A DNA stretch of 64,000 nt from Caecitellus pseudoparvulus. Its lineage: Eukaryota > Protista > Bigyra: Bicosoecida. Made by a program: the position numbers and the translations under genes. Positions 47,996 through 58,259 of the stretch are shown one piece after another. The DNA is taken from the NCBI GenBank assembly GCA_965644315.1, contig CBFFRQ010000037.1:1-64000 (forward strand), read 5' to 3'. The notes below the pieces were generated by a model. That model was not told where the DNA came from, ran no database searches, and saw nothing but the letters and a program-made list of their open reading frames with translations. Positions within the stretch are counted from its first letter, which is position 1. Every line of letters starts with the position of its first letter.

Positions 47996-50900
47996 ATGGC
48001 AGGCTCTGGTGCCGGGGCGGCACCACCCACCCTGCGTTTCCAAGTGCGATCACAGGAATCGTCCTGCCCACTTCGTGTGGTTGGCGACTGGGCGGCACTG
48101 GGCACCTGGGAGCCTGAGCGTGGCTTGCCTTTGGCGTGGCACAGCGACAACTGCTCCTGGTGCAGCGAGCCTGTGCAGGCGGGTGAGTGCAGCGTCCAGC
48201 CCACACCCTGTGCACTTCAGGCTCCGCCAGCACCTCTATCTTCGCTCGCATGCTTTGCTGCAGAACATGCGCGGGTTTCATTCAAGGTTGTGCTTGAGGT
48301 GGAGGGCAAGGTTCAGTGGCAGGTGCGGAAATTGACGCCGCCCTCCACGTCGCTGCCATGCACCACGCACACACCTGGTGGGTCCACAGGGCGGTGGAAA
48401 CATCAGTGTCAACTTGGAGACTGTTCCAGAAGAGGATGGGGTGAAGTGGGTGACGGTGGCCTGGGAAGCGGGCGTGCAGGGAGACGAGGTGAGTGCCTGC
48501 AAGTCAGCACCGTGTGCCTCGCCCACACACCCGAGCACACCCCACGCCCCGCGCAGCTGATCCTGGCTGACGAACACCTAGAGCCACATGCAGAGGCACT
48601 TCGTGGGCGGTATGAGCTGTACCAGCAGCTGTGCAACCGCATCAGCGGGGAGTGGGGCGGGTGGGATGCCATGACCAGCGGTTTCACGCACTTCGGCATT
48701 CAACCCTGTACCGTGCAGGCGGGGTGCTTGCCCCCAGGGGGCTCTGTCCCCGTGCCGGAGCTGACAACAGGGCAGGTGTACCGGGAATGGGCTCCGTGCG
48801 CCAAGGCTGTCAGCCTGGTGGGGGACTTCAATGCGTGGGACCCCCATGCGCACCCGTGCACGGTGGACGCCTTCGGGACATGGACCGCCTGGCTGCCCCC
48901 CCGCCCAGACGGTACCCCTCTTGTCCCACACCTGGCCTACATGAAGGCGGCAGTGGTGCTGGCCAGCTCCTCCGCAGTGCCGTCACAGGGGGATGCCGGG
49001 GCGGGGGACGGAGGTGCACCGCCGACACCGCCCAGTGTGCACTTTGCGCCGTCTGCGTTTGTGCACCGTATGCCGGCGTGGGCGCGGTATGCGGAGCTGG
49101 ACAAGGCAGCCTCTGCCTACTGTGCCAGGCACTGGAACCCCGCTCAGTCCTATTCCTGGCAGCACGCCCGCCCCCTGCAAGAGGCGCTGAGAACGGGCGG
49201 CGTCGAGGCGCTGTCCGATGTGGCGGATGTCGGCGCTGGGCACCGCCCTGCTCACGTGCACGTGTCCCTCCCAGCGCACTGTGCCGCCCCAGCACCGTCC
49301 ACGGCAGCAGCGGCACGCTTGAAGTTGTTGAAGCACACACAGCCCCCCAAGCACATTGAGACAGCCCTGCAAGCCGGTGCTGACACCGCATCTCGGGCAG
49401 CCGCCGAGGCCTTCACGCAAGGGTGGGGCAGCACTGCAGGGGAAGCTGCACCAGTAGATGTGCGGCACAGCGCAGGCAGCCTGCGTGTGTACGAGTGCCA
49501 CGTGGGGCTGTGCTGCGAAGAGCAGCGGGTGGGGAGCTATGCGGAGTTCACGGCAAACGTGCTGCCTCGCATCGCGGCTGGGGGGTACACTGCCATTCAG
49601 TTGATGGGGGTCATGGAACACGCGTACTACGCGTCGTTCGGCTACCACGTCACCTCCTTCCACGCCGTCGCATCCCGCAGCGGCACGCCAGACGACTTCA
49701 AAGCCCTCGTGGACACAGCGCACGGGCTGGGCCTGTCAGTCATCATCGACTGCGTGCACTCCCACGCTAGCAAGAACACGGAAGACGGCCTGAACAACTG
49801 GGATGGATCGGGACACCAGTACTTCCACGAGGGGCCCCGTGGCATGCATGCCCAGTGGGACTCCCGCCTCTTCAACTACGAACAGCCGGAGGTGCTGCGG
49901 TTTTTGCTGTCCAACCTGCGCTGGTGGCTGCAGGAGTACAACGTGGACGGCTTCCGCTTCGACGGCGTGACCAGCATGATGTACACACATCACGGCATCG
50001 GTGTCGGCTTCAGCGGCGACTACACAGAGTACTTTGGCCCCCACGCTGACACCGCCGCGCAGGTTTACCTCATGCTCGCCAACACTCTGTGCAAGGCGCT
50101 GGTGGAGCCAGACGGCACGGCACACCCCACCATCACCATTGCAGAGGACGTGAGTGGTATGCCAGGCCTGTGCCGCCCAGTGTGGGAGGGCGGGCTGGGC
50201 TTCGACGCGCGCCTGGCCATGGCTATCCCCGACATGTGGATCAAGCTGCTGAAGGAGGTGCCTGACCCGCAGTGGGACATGGGCCACATCGTGCACACCC
50301 TCACGAACCGGCGCTGGGGCGAGCGCACACTCGCGTTCGCAGAGAGCCACGACCAGGCTCTTGTGGGGGACAAGACTCTCGCCATGTGGTTGTTGGATGC
50401 GGAGATTTACGACGGCATGACGGTGCTGGCGCCGCTGACGCCGCGAGTCAGCAGGGGCATAGCCCTACATAAGCTCATCCGCACCATCACGCTGGTGCTG
50501 GGCGGGGAAGGCTATTTGGCGTTTGCCGGCAACACCTTTGGGCACCCTGAGTGGCTGGACTTCCCGCGAGAAGGCAACGGGTGGTCCTTCGCGCACTGTC
50601 GCCGCCAGTGGAGCCTGGTGGACGACCCACTCCTCCGCTACTCACACCTTGAAGCCTGGGACCGAGCCCTCATGCACACCTGTGCAGAACATCCACTGCT
50701 GAGTGCCCAAGTGCGTCCGCCCGTGCCTGTGAATTCGCCTACTTGCGCCACACTTCCCGCGTGGAACCCGTCCCCCTCCCCGCAGACTCCTTCCTGGATC
50801 TCAGTGAAACACGAAGATGACAAAGTCATTGTCGCCGAGCGTGGCATTGGCACCACAGCTCTTGTCTTTGCCTTCAATTGGCATCCCACCAAGTCCTTTC

Positions 50901-51109
50901 CGGACTACCCCGTGCCTGTGCCTGCTGGCGGCTGTTGGCGCGTCGCGCTGTCTTCAGACGACCCATGCATGGGAGGGCACGACAACGCCCCGTCAGGGAC
51001 GCAGCACCACGCCTTGGGCAGCCCCCTGCACGAGCGCGCAGACCACGTGAAAGTTTACCTCCCGAGCCGCACGGTGATTGTGCTGCAGAGCGTGCCTGCC
51101 GAGGCTTGA
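47996..51109 (+). CDS. GBE1: 1,4-alpha-glucan branching enzyme (GH13, eukaryote GBE1/SBE type) with N-terminal CBM20-like module and CBM48; 5 exons
   Basis: Introns 48183-48263, 48323-48389, 48489-48556 and 50711-50785. Motifs: YREWAP..K.VSLVGDFNAWD (CBM48), RVYECHVG, EHAYYASFGYHVTSF, VHSHASKN, GFRFDGVTSM (nucleophile D), IAEDVSGMP (acid/base E), ESHDQALVGDKT, FGHPEWLDFPREGN. Confidence 0.95.
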   Translation: MAGSGAGAAPPTLRFQVRSQESSCPLRVVGDWAALGTWEPERGLPLAWHSDNCSWCSEPVQAGECSVQPTPCALQAPPAPLSSLACFAAEHARVSFKVVLEVEGKVQWQVRKLTPPSTSLPCTTHTPGGSTGRWKHQCQLGDCSRRGWGEVGDGGLGSGRAGRRGECLQVSTVCLAHTPEHTPRPAQLILADEHLEPHAEALRGRYELYQQLCNRISGEWGGWDAMTSGFTHFGIQPCTVQAGCLPPGGSVPVPELTTGQVYREWAPCAKAVSLVGDFNAWDPHAHPCTVDAFGTWTAWLPPRPDGTPLVPHLAYMKAAVVLASSSAVPSQGDAGAGDGGAPPTPPSVHFAPSAFVHRMPAWARYAELDKAASAYCARHWNPAQSYSWQHARPLQEALRTGGVEALSDVADVGAGHRPAHVHVSLPAHCAAPAPSTAAAARLKLLKHTQPPKHIETALQAGADTASRAAAEAFTQGWGSTAGEAAPVDVRHSAGSLRVYECHVGLCCEEQRVGSYAEFTANVLPRIAAGGYTAIQLMGVMEHAYYASFGYHVTSFHAVASRSGTPDDFKALVDTAHGLGLSVIIDCVHSHASKNTEDGLNNWDGSGHQYFHEGPRGMHAQWDSRLFNYEQPEVLRFLLSNLRWWLQEYNVDGFRFDGVTSMMYTHHGIGVGFSGDYTEYFGPHADTAAQVYLMLANTLCKALVEPDGTAHPTITIAEDVSGMPGLCRPVWEGGLGFDARLAMAIPDMWIKLLKEVPDPQWDMGHIVHTLTNRRWGERTLAFAESHDQALVGDKTLAMWLLDAEIYDGMTVLAPLTPRVSRGIALHKLIRTITLVLGGEGYLAFAGNTFGHPEWLDFPREGNGWSFAHCRRQWSLVDDPLLRYSHLEAWDRALMHTCAEHPLLSAQVRPPVPVNSPTCATLPAWNPSPSPQTPSWISVKHEDDKVIVAERGIGTTALVFAFNWHPTKSFPDYPVPVPAGGCWRVALSSDDPCMGGHDNAPSGTQHHALGSPLHERADHVKVYLPSRTVIVLQSVPAEA

Positions 51110-51841
51110 TGCGCCTGTGTCGTGCAGCGTATACTTTGCACATGTATGTGCCACGAATGAACGGTGTCCATATGCAGCGATGGTCACTGGACTGGGAACC
51201 TTGTCTCGTATGGCCGCTTGAGCTTCTGTTCAGCGCACAGCAGCACCTGGCTCGTGTGGTCGATGTCCAGGGCTTCAACATCATGGAGCGGAAGCTATGC
51301 TTCGCGTGAGGCCGGCGAGCCAATTGCTTGCAATTCTTGATGATGGCACAGTAGCTCTATATTTTCTACTTTGGCACTTCGTCGTGTGGTGTGGGCCGTG
51401 GCACGTGCGTTGGCGTTTGGTCTGGCGTGCCAGGAGCGATGTGCTGTGGCAAAGTACAGTCCAGCGCGAATAAAACAATACAGCTATGAACGAGTTAATC
51501 GTGCAATGCGTCAAGTCCACAACGGCGATTTCCTTGTTTTCCCCTTGTGGCTATTGCGTTCTCGTCTTCGTGGTCTCTTTTCGGGTCACTGAGTGCTGAA
51601 ACACCAGCGCAGCGCAGCGCAGGCGCAGGTGGTTCCATCCCTTCCACGCACCGCTCGGAAGGTCGAAGGAGGGAAAGGATTCCTTTATACTTTTCTTGCG
51701 TTTCCAGGGCTCTTCTTCATCTTGCGTTCGGGCTGTGCGCAGCACCAGTGTGGCATGCTGCTGGGTGCGGAACTTCAAACCACGCCTCATGCGAGCGCCA
51801 GCGTCTGCCGCGCTGCATGGCATACCTCATCGCTGTTCAAG

Positions 51842-54604
51842 ATGACTTCCAATTCGTTAGGTTTCGGATGCTTCTGGGCGGCCCTTGTGCTCTGCATGTC
51901 CATTGCACTAGCACCTGTTTGCGTCCAGGCTCAGGGAGTGCCGCTCTGCTGCCAGGTGGCCAATGCGACACTGGTCAGCTGCAGCAGCTGCACAGAGGAA
52001 CACAGCCTCACCATCGCGTGCACTGAATGTACCGCTTTCAGCTCAGCTGCATTCGCCGGGCTTGATAGTTTGAGAGAGCTTTTCATCCAAGGCAACCCAC
52101 AGCTGGAGAATTTCCCTGCTGGTCTGCTAAGTGGGCTGGACAAGTTGAAGGAGCTCTACATCCAAGAGAACCCACAGCTGGAGAGTGTACCTGCTGGCCT
52201 GTTGAGTGGGCGAGATAACATGCAAAAGCTCTACATTCAGGACAACGCACGACTTGCAGGCCTTCCCGCTGGCCTGTTGAGTGGTCTAGTGGGCTTGGAA
52301 ACTTTGGACATCCAGGGCAACCCACAGATTGAAAGCCTCCCCTCAGACTTGCTGGGCTCCACGCAACGACTGCAAGATGTGGTTCTCAAGAACAACTCAG
52401 CCCTGGCCTCCATCCCAGAGGCGTTCTTGAACGAACAGACAGAGTTGAGGACGCTGGTTATTTCCCTGAACCCCAGCCTGCTCTCAGTTCCAGGTGGGCT
52501 CTTGCGTGATACTGCCGCCTTGACTTCTTTCGAGCTCAGAGGCAACACCGCCCTGTCTTCTCTGCCATTTGACTTCTTCGGTACTCTTGGCCTGCTTGAG
52601 GAGGTTGAAATCGGATACCAGCCAAATCTCAACCCCTATCCAGTCCAGAATCTGAGCGGACTGCCATCTCTGGCTCAGCTGCGGTTGGATCAAGAGATAT
52701 CGGTAGATGGTGGCGAGTGGCCGCGTTTTTCAAGTCTAAGGGATTTGTACTTGGTCAGTGACTCAACAAGGACCCAGTTTTCCTCGCCTTTCTTCTCCAA
52801 CTTGTATGACCTCGAGGCGCTGACAATTGCACAGCACTCAGGGCTGACGTATTATGCCGATCACATGTTCAGTGAGCTTGAGAACCTTGAAACTCTGCGA
52901 TTGTTGGACAACACCAACGTATTCCGGGTAGAGCCCAACGCGTTTTACAGCTTACCACGAGTTCGCCACATTGTCATCACATGGCATGAGCGCCTCACTC
53001 GGCTTCCTACTGGTATCTTTGATGATTTGGGTCGGCTTTCAGTGATTGTTCTGCGGAGCATCCCCTTAATCCGAGAGCTGCCCATGTTCTTTTCGAAAGC
53101 CAATCCGAAACTGCAAGTCTTGAGCTTGTCAAGAAACGAACTTTTGGGGTATCTCCCTGCAGGGTGCCTGGAAGGCTTGGCCGACTTGCACAGTGTATAT
53201 GCGACAGGCAGCCCGCTGGGCACGTCTTGCCGAGCTGCTCCGACTGAAAGGTTGAGCTGCTATATGCAGAGCACTGGTGTGGCGAATGGAACAACGCACG
53301 TGTGCATGTGCGAGCCCTGTCCGCTACCACACGTTCCCACTATCCCCAATCTGACCTGTGAGAGCATCGGGGGCTGCAGCAACTTATCAGGCAACTCTAC
53401 CATCATACTCCGTGCAGATGGGTTCGTACTCTGTTCCGCGGCCGACTCTTGCGTCGACTCCACGTTCTACTGTGAATCCGGGCCAGCTGAAGCTGCGTGC
53501 CGCATCCACTGCGACGGGCCGGGCTCCTGTCAGGATTTGTACCTTTACGGCTCGTGGCTGTGCAGCTCAGGCTCCTGCCCTGACTCCCAAATAGTCCCCT
53601 GTTTTGGCTGGAGCCCAGGATCGAGCCCGAGTCCTTCTTCGTTTCCGTCCCATACACCCACTGGCACACCTTCGGCCTCAGCCTCGGTACCTGCGCCAAG
53701 CACAGCGCCACCATCTCCGACCGTCTCTCCTGCAGCCACACCAAACATGAACCCCTCTTCTCCGCACAGGAACACGTCATCTGGAGGCGGACAGGTATCT
53801 AGGCAGTCTGACTCTGACGCACTGCCAGCTCCAGTGCTAATCACGCTCCTTGTTGCCTTGCCAGTTGTGCTTATGGTGGTGGCTGTGAGCTTGGGCTGGT
53901 GTTGCGGCTGCTATCATCCGCGCTGGTTGAGCTGCTGTCGAGGGGACACGCGCAAGGGCAAGCAGCCGACTGCCCCGCAAGCAGGCTCGGAAGAGGGCGT
54001 CCAGATGAACCCCATGCGCTCACTAGCAGTCTCGAGCGGTATCGCAGACGGCCTCATGTCCCTTGCAACGCTGGCTGAATGTCTGGCGCCAGACGAGTAC
54101 GACGCGGTGGAGGCGTGGGCTGCAGAGGCTGGTGTGTCCTGGGAGGGCTCCCGCCTTGAATGGAGCAACGCAACAGCGCAGGCGTCTGATTACGCTGTGG
54201 TGCGCGGCGTCGCAAGCATGGCCATGGCGGGTCAAGTGGCCGTTCGGGCAGCAGCGGCACGAGCAGCAGGTGCGACAGCCAAAGCTCTGCAAGGAGCTCG
54301 CATGCAAGGGCACCTTAAAGAGGCAGCTGCAGCAGGGGTGGGCAGTCAAGCTCGGCTGCTGCATGTTGGCGGCGTGGCCGTGCCGCCAAAACTGGCAGCA
54401 CTGCTCATCAGACACGCGCGCCGGGCATCAGCTGGCATCCAAGAGCGGCAGGCGCCACACCTGCCAACACACTTGATGAGCGCTGCCAGCCCTTTGGCTG
54501 CAGTGGCTCGAATGAAGGGGGCCAAGGCGACGTATGGTGGCCAGCAGCGCAAACGGGCGTTCAGCCGCGTAGCCAGCTCGTCTCGGAGAACGAGGGGGAA
54601 GTGA
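51842..54604 (+). CDS. Type I membrane leucine-rich-repeat protein (signal peptide, 25-aa LRRs, Cys-rich region, Ser/Pro stalk, TM, cytoplasmic tail)
   Basis: Signal peptide MTSNSLGFGCFWAALVLCMSIALAPVCVQA; repeats L.EL.IQ.NPQLE..PAGLLSGL..; stalk SPSPSSFPSHTPT; TM PVLITLLVALPVVLMVVAVSLGW followed by CCGC. Confidence 0.85.
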   Translation: MTSNSLGFGCFWAALVLCMSIALAPVCVQAQGVPLCCQVANATLVSCSSCTEEHSLTIACTECTAFSSAAFAGLDSLRELFIQGNPQLENFPAGLLSGLDKLKELYIQENPQLESVPAGLLSGRDNMQKLYIQDNARLAGLPAGLLSGLVGLETLDIQGNPQIESLPSDLLGSTQRLQDVVLKNNSALASIPEAFLNEQTELRTLVISLNPSLLSVPGGLLRDTAALTSFELRGNTALSSLPFDFFGTLGLLEEVEIGYQPNLNPYPVQNLSGLPSLAQLRLDQEISVDGGEWPRFSSLRDLYLVSDSTRTQFSSPFFSNLYDLEALTIAQHSGLTYYADHMFSELENLETLRLLDNTNVFRVEPNAFYSLPRVRHIVITWHERLTRLPTGIFDDLGRLSVIVLRSIPLIRELPMFFSKANPKLQVLSLSRNELLGYLPAGCLEGLADLHSVYATGSPLGTSCRAAPTERLSCYMQSTGVANGTTHVCMCEPCPLPHVPTIPNLTCESIGGCSNLSGNSTIILRADGFVLCSAADSCVDSTFYCESGPAEAACRIHCDGPGSCQDLYLYGSWLCSSGSCPDSQIVPCFGWSPGSSPSPSSFPSHTPTGTPSASASVPAPSTAPPSPTVSPAATPNMNPSSPHRNTSSGGGQVSRQSDSDALPAPVLITLLVALPVVLMVVAVSLGWCCGCYHPRWLSCCRGDTRKGKQPTAPQAGSEEGVQMNPMRSLAVSSGIADGLMSLATLAECLAPDEYDAVEAWAAEAGVSWEGSRLEWSNATAQASDYAVVRGVASMAMAGQVAVRAAAARAAGATAKALQGARMQGHLKEAAAAGVGSQARLLHVGGVAVPPKLAALLIRHARRASAGIQERQAPHLPTHLMSAASPLAAVARMKGAKATYGGQQRKRAFSRVASSSRRTRGK

Positions 54605-54871
54605 ACCTGCACACATGTGCGGGAGAGAGGCAGCTACAAGGGGACATGCAGTGTACTTTCAATACACCTCGTAGGTGCTCTGGTCGCCAAGTGGCTGCTC
54701 CTTGTTTTGCGACGCCCCTGTGTGTTGCAGGGCCCAGGAACTGCCGCGGGCACAGGCGTTGGCACTACCGTTACGGCGCAGCAGGAAGGGTCTCGGGTGC
54801 CGTGCATCTGAGGCGAGGCCCGACGCTGGTCAGGGCACTCCACGAGCATCCGTGAGGTCTGGAGTAGTAGC

Positions 54872-57800
54872 ATGCCATCAGCGCTCAAGAAGCGCCGCAT
54901 GAGTGAACCTGGGGAGGGTCCTGAGCTGGGTGCGTGGTTGCGCTCGAATTCCGCACCCACGCCGCTACCACTTGAACGCACTTTTCACTGCTCCCTCGGC
55001 CAACCGCGCATTGACAGCCCTATCAGATTGCAAAGTTGAGCTACGAGAACACATTGCAGAGTGCCTCGCTGAGGATCGGTCCGAGGCTGCTGCATGGTAT
55101 GCTGACAAACTTGTGCGTGGAGCGGGTTGGCCAGGTTTATCACACTGGCACACAACCCTTGCCCCACGCCACCCCGCAGCTCGCATGCGGCGAAGGAAAT
55201 ATCGAGGACACACTGCTTGTAGCGCGGTGTTTCGTGCGGGTGGGGCAGCGGGACCACGCGGTGGCTGTGCTGGATGGGGGGGGTGGCCTGGCGTCACCCT
55301 TCCCTTCCACACTGCAAACAGCACCCCCACCGCACGTGAGGCACCCCCGCGTCACACTGGCCACACTGCACAGCGTGGCCCTGGCGGCGGACTGTCTGCT
55401 GAAGCTGAAGCGGACTGTGGACGCCATTGCGCTGCTGTCTGCGTGGCTGGGCAGGGAAGGCAGTGCAGCGGAGAAACAACAACCTGCCCTGCAGCAGCTG
55501 CTGACACCGCCTGGCAGCGATGTGCCGGCGAGCGGCAAGACGGTGGCGCAGTGGCTGGCAGAAGGTGGTGTGCCGGGAGTGCACCTGCTGCACCTCCTGC
55601 AGTGCCTGCCATCCTCAGTTGGAGCACCGCGCAGGGCACTAGCACGGCTGTGTTTCTTGCGTTGCCAGGCCCATGCTGCAGTGCAAGCCGACGACATTTC
55701 AGAGGACCACGGGCGCAGCATGGCAGGTGTGTGGGGGGCAGTGGCACTGTGCCTGGACCCTGGGCATGTCGAGGCGGTGGATGCGCTGGCTGATGGGTGG
55801 CTGCTGCCTTCACAGCGGGAACAGCAGTTGCAGCTTCTGCTGCACACTCTGCTGCAGCCCAGCGAGCAGCAACCGCAACGCCTGCAGCCACACCTGGCAT
55901 GTGCTCACTCAGATGCTCGACTGCATGTGTACGACCTGCACCGCACCCCTGCAGGCGTCGTACAGCCGTTGCTGCGGGTGTGCCCTGCGCTGGCGCTGTC
56001 AGCGGGCGTGTTGGCCGCGCAGGCGGAAGTCGCCTTTCACCAGCATGACATGCCAGCCACCCTCGCCCTCACGCGCACGCTGCTGTCCCGGCATCCCCAT
56101 CACACGGGCGTGCTGCACCTGCACTTTGCTGCGCTGTTGAACTTGGCGGCAGGCGTGCCTTCTGGCGGCGTCATTGGCATCGGGCCCAGTGCCGCGAACA
56201 CCGCTGCCGCGCGCCAGGCCACCACGGCCAGCGGGGGACTGCCTGCAGACCCCATGGCGGCACTGATGGGTGCAGGCACGTCAAAGTCGCGCTTGACGCA
56301 GGCAGCTGCAGTGCGTGCTGAGCTGGGCCGTGCAGCCGCTGCCACCGCCACTGCCCTGCCGGGCAGTGCACTTGCGCACTTTGGCACTGCCTGCACCCAC
56401 ATGGCCCACGGCGAGTTGGTGCAGGCAGAGGCTGCGCTGCAGGCATGTGTGAGCAAGGATCCGGCATTTGCTCCAGGGTGGCTGGCGCTTGGCCACGTCG
56501 CCAGCGCCTGTGAAGCGGGAGATGGCGCGTTGGCGGCTTACCGCACTGCACAACGCCTGTTCCCAGGCTGGCACGCTCCGCTGCTGTGCACTGCCATGGA
56601 GTTGGCGCGCAGCCACAATGGGGCACTGGCTGATGCCCTGCTGCAGCAGGCCCGTGCGCTGTGCCCGGCAGACCCCATGCCGTACCACGAGGCAGGCGTG
56701 TTGGCGTTCCGGGGCGGTGACTACGCCGGCGCCGTGCAGTGCTTTGAGTTTGTGAAACACATGACTGAAGCGCTGCCCACGCACCTGTCGCGTGCGTGGA
56801 TCACGGCGCATGTCAACACTGGGCACGCCTACCGTAAGCTGGGCGTGCAGCAGCTGTCGTTGGAAGTGTCTCACACGGACGTGACACAGCTCATGGGCGT
56901 GCAGCCGGGGCTAACGCACCACCGTGCCTCACAGCGCATCCAGGGCGCCCGTGCTGCCGCCTGCTTCACGCAGGCGCTGGATGCATACTCCCTGGCCCGG
57001 GGGCTGGACGGTGAGGACGCTGACTGCCTGCTTGGGACAGGCCTCACCTTGCACCTGCTGGGGCGGCACGTCCCTGCAATTTCCGCATACCACGCCTCGC
57101 TGGCGTGGGGGCCCCACAACACCTACGCCGCGCAGCTGCTGACGCGGGCCCTGACAGAGGCTTTCCAAGATGGCCACGTCCTGGCTCTGCCATCCGCCCT
57201 TCCCTCTCCTGTGGCTCATGCCACCTCCCCGCCTTCACCTGAGACCGGCGATGCGGCACAAGTGGTGGATATGACGGTGCTGGACCCAGCTGGCATGGAG
57301 GGGGGCGCCCCCCCCACGCCGGCGCTGTTCAGCGACCTGCCTGCCGAGTTGGGCGTGGGGGAGGGGGGTGTGCTGGCTGCCGCCTTGGCATCCCCCCCTG
57401 CTGTCCCACGGGGACGGGGCGGTAGTGGCGGGGGGGATGTGTACGTAGCTGGCGCCACCGCCACCCCTCGTGGCGCACGCCTGATGACAGCGGCACTCTT
57501 CGCGCCCACACCCGCTGCAGTGCAAGCAGAGGGCGGCATCAGCCCCACATCAGTGCACTCCTTTGCCTTGCACACTCGTATGTCAGCATCTCGACTGAGC
57601 GCCGGCAGTGTGCCCAGCAGTGGGGGGGGGGCTCGGGGATGGAGGGGGGCCCCCCGCCGCCACGCTCCCCCCGGAATGCGGTACGGAGCCGACTCCACCC
57701 TGTCTGGCGCACAGACTCAGTCAGGGGCTGATCTGACCAGTCTGCAGGGCAGTCGGGCGGGTGGTGGCGGACTGGCCGTTACGTGGGCAGAATCGGCCAT

Positions 57801-58152
57801 CCACACACCCGGCGCTGGGGGCGCCCCGCCCAGCAGTGCCCTTGGCACGCCCACCGCTCCAGCTGCCACGCCACAGCCTTCTCACGTCCAGGAAGCAGCG
57901 ACAGCGGAGTCACTGGTGTCTCTGCTGACGTCCCCCATCGCTGGCATGCGGTCTCCACACGCCACGCCAGTGGGGCGTGTCCGGCCTTCCCTGGGCTTTG
58001 GCGCCTCGCGCATCCATGCCAGCGGTGGCAGTGGTGCATTGAACGTGTCAGGAGTCACTGATTTCTCCCTCACCATGGAGGGTGGTGTTGGTGCTGCCAC
58101 TCCCGCCACAGGCACCAGCAGCGTTATGCAAGACAGCAGTGACAGTGATTGA
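54872..58152 (+). CDS. CDC16: Anaphase-promoting complex subunit 6 (TPR protein); 3 exons
   Basis: Exons 54872-54929, 55027-55112 and 55180-58152. The spliced N-terminus LREHIAECL...AAAWYADKLLAC..NIEDTLLVARCF and the TPR block FAPGWLALGH...ALAAYRTAQRLFPGWHAPLL...CPADPMPYHEAGVLAF...NTGHAYRKL match CDC16/APC6. Confidence 0.85.
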
Positions 58153-58259
58153 GCCCCCCCGCAAAACGCGTGGGCCGCCAAAATACACACCCACGACCCT
58201 CCATGCCCGGGAAACTTCCATGTCCTCCGTCGGTGTGTTGTGCCCGTCCACCCACCGCC

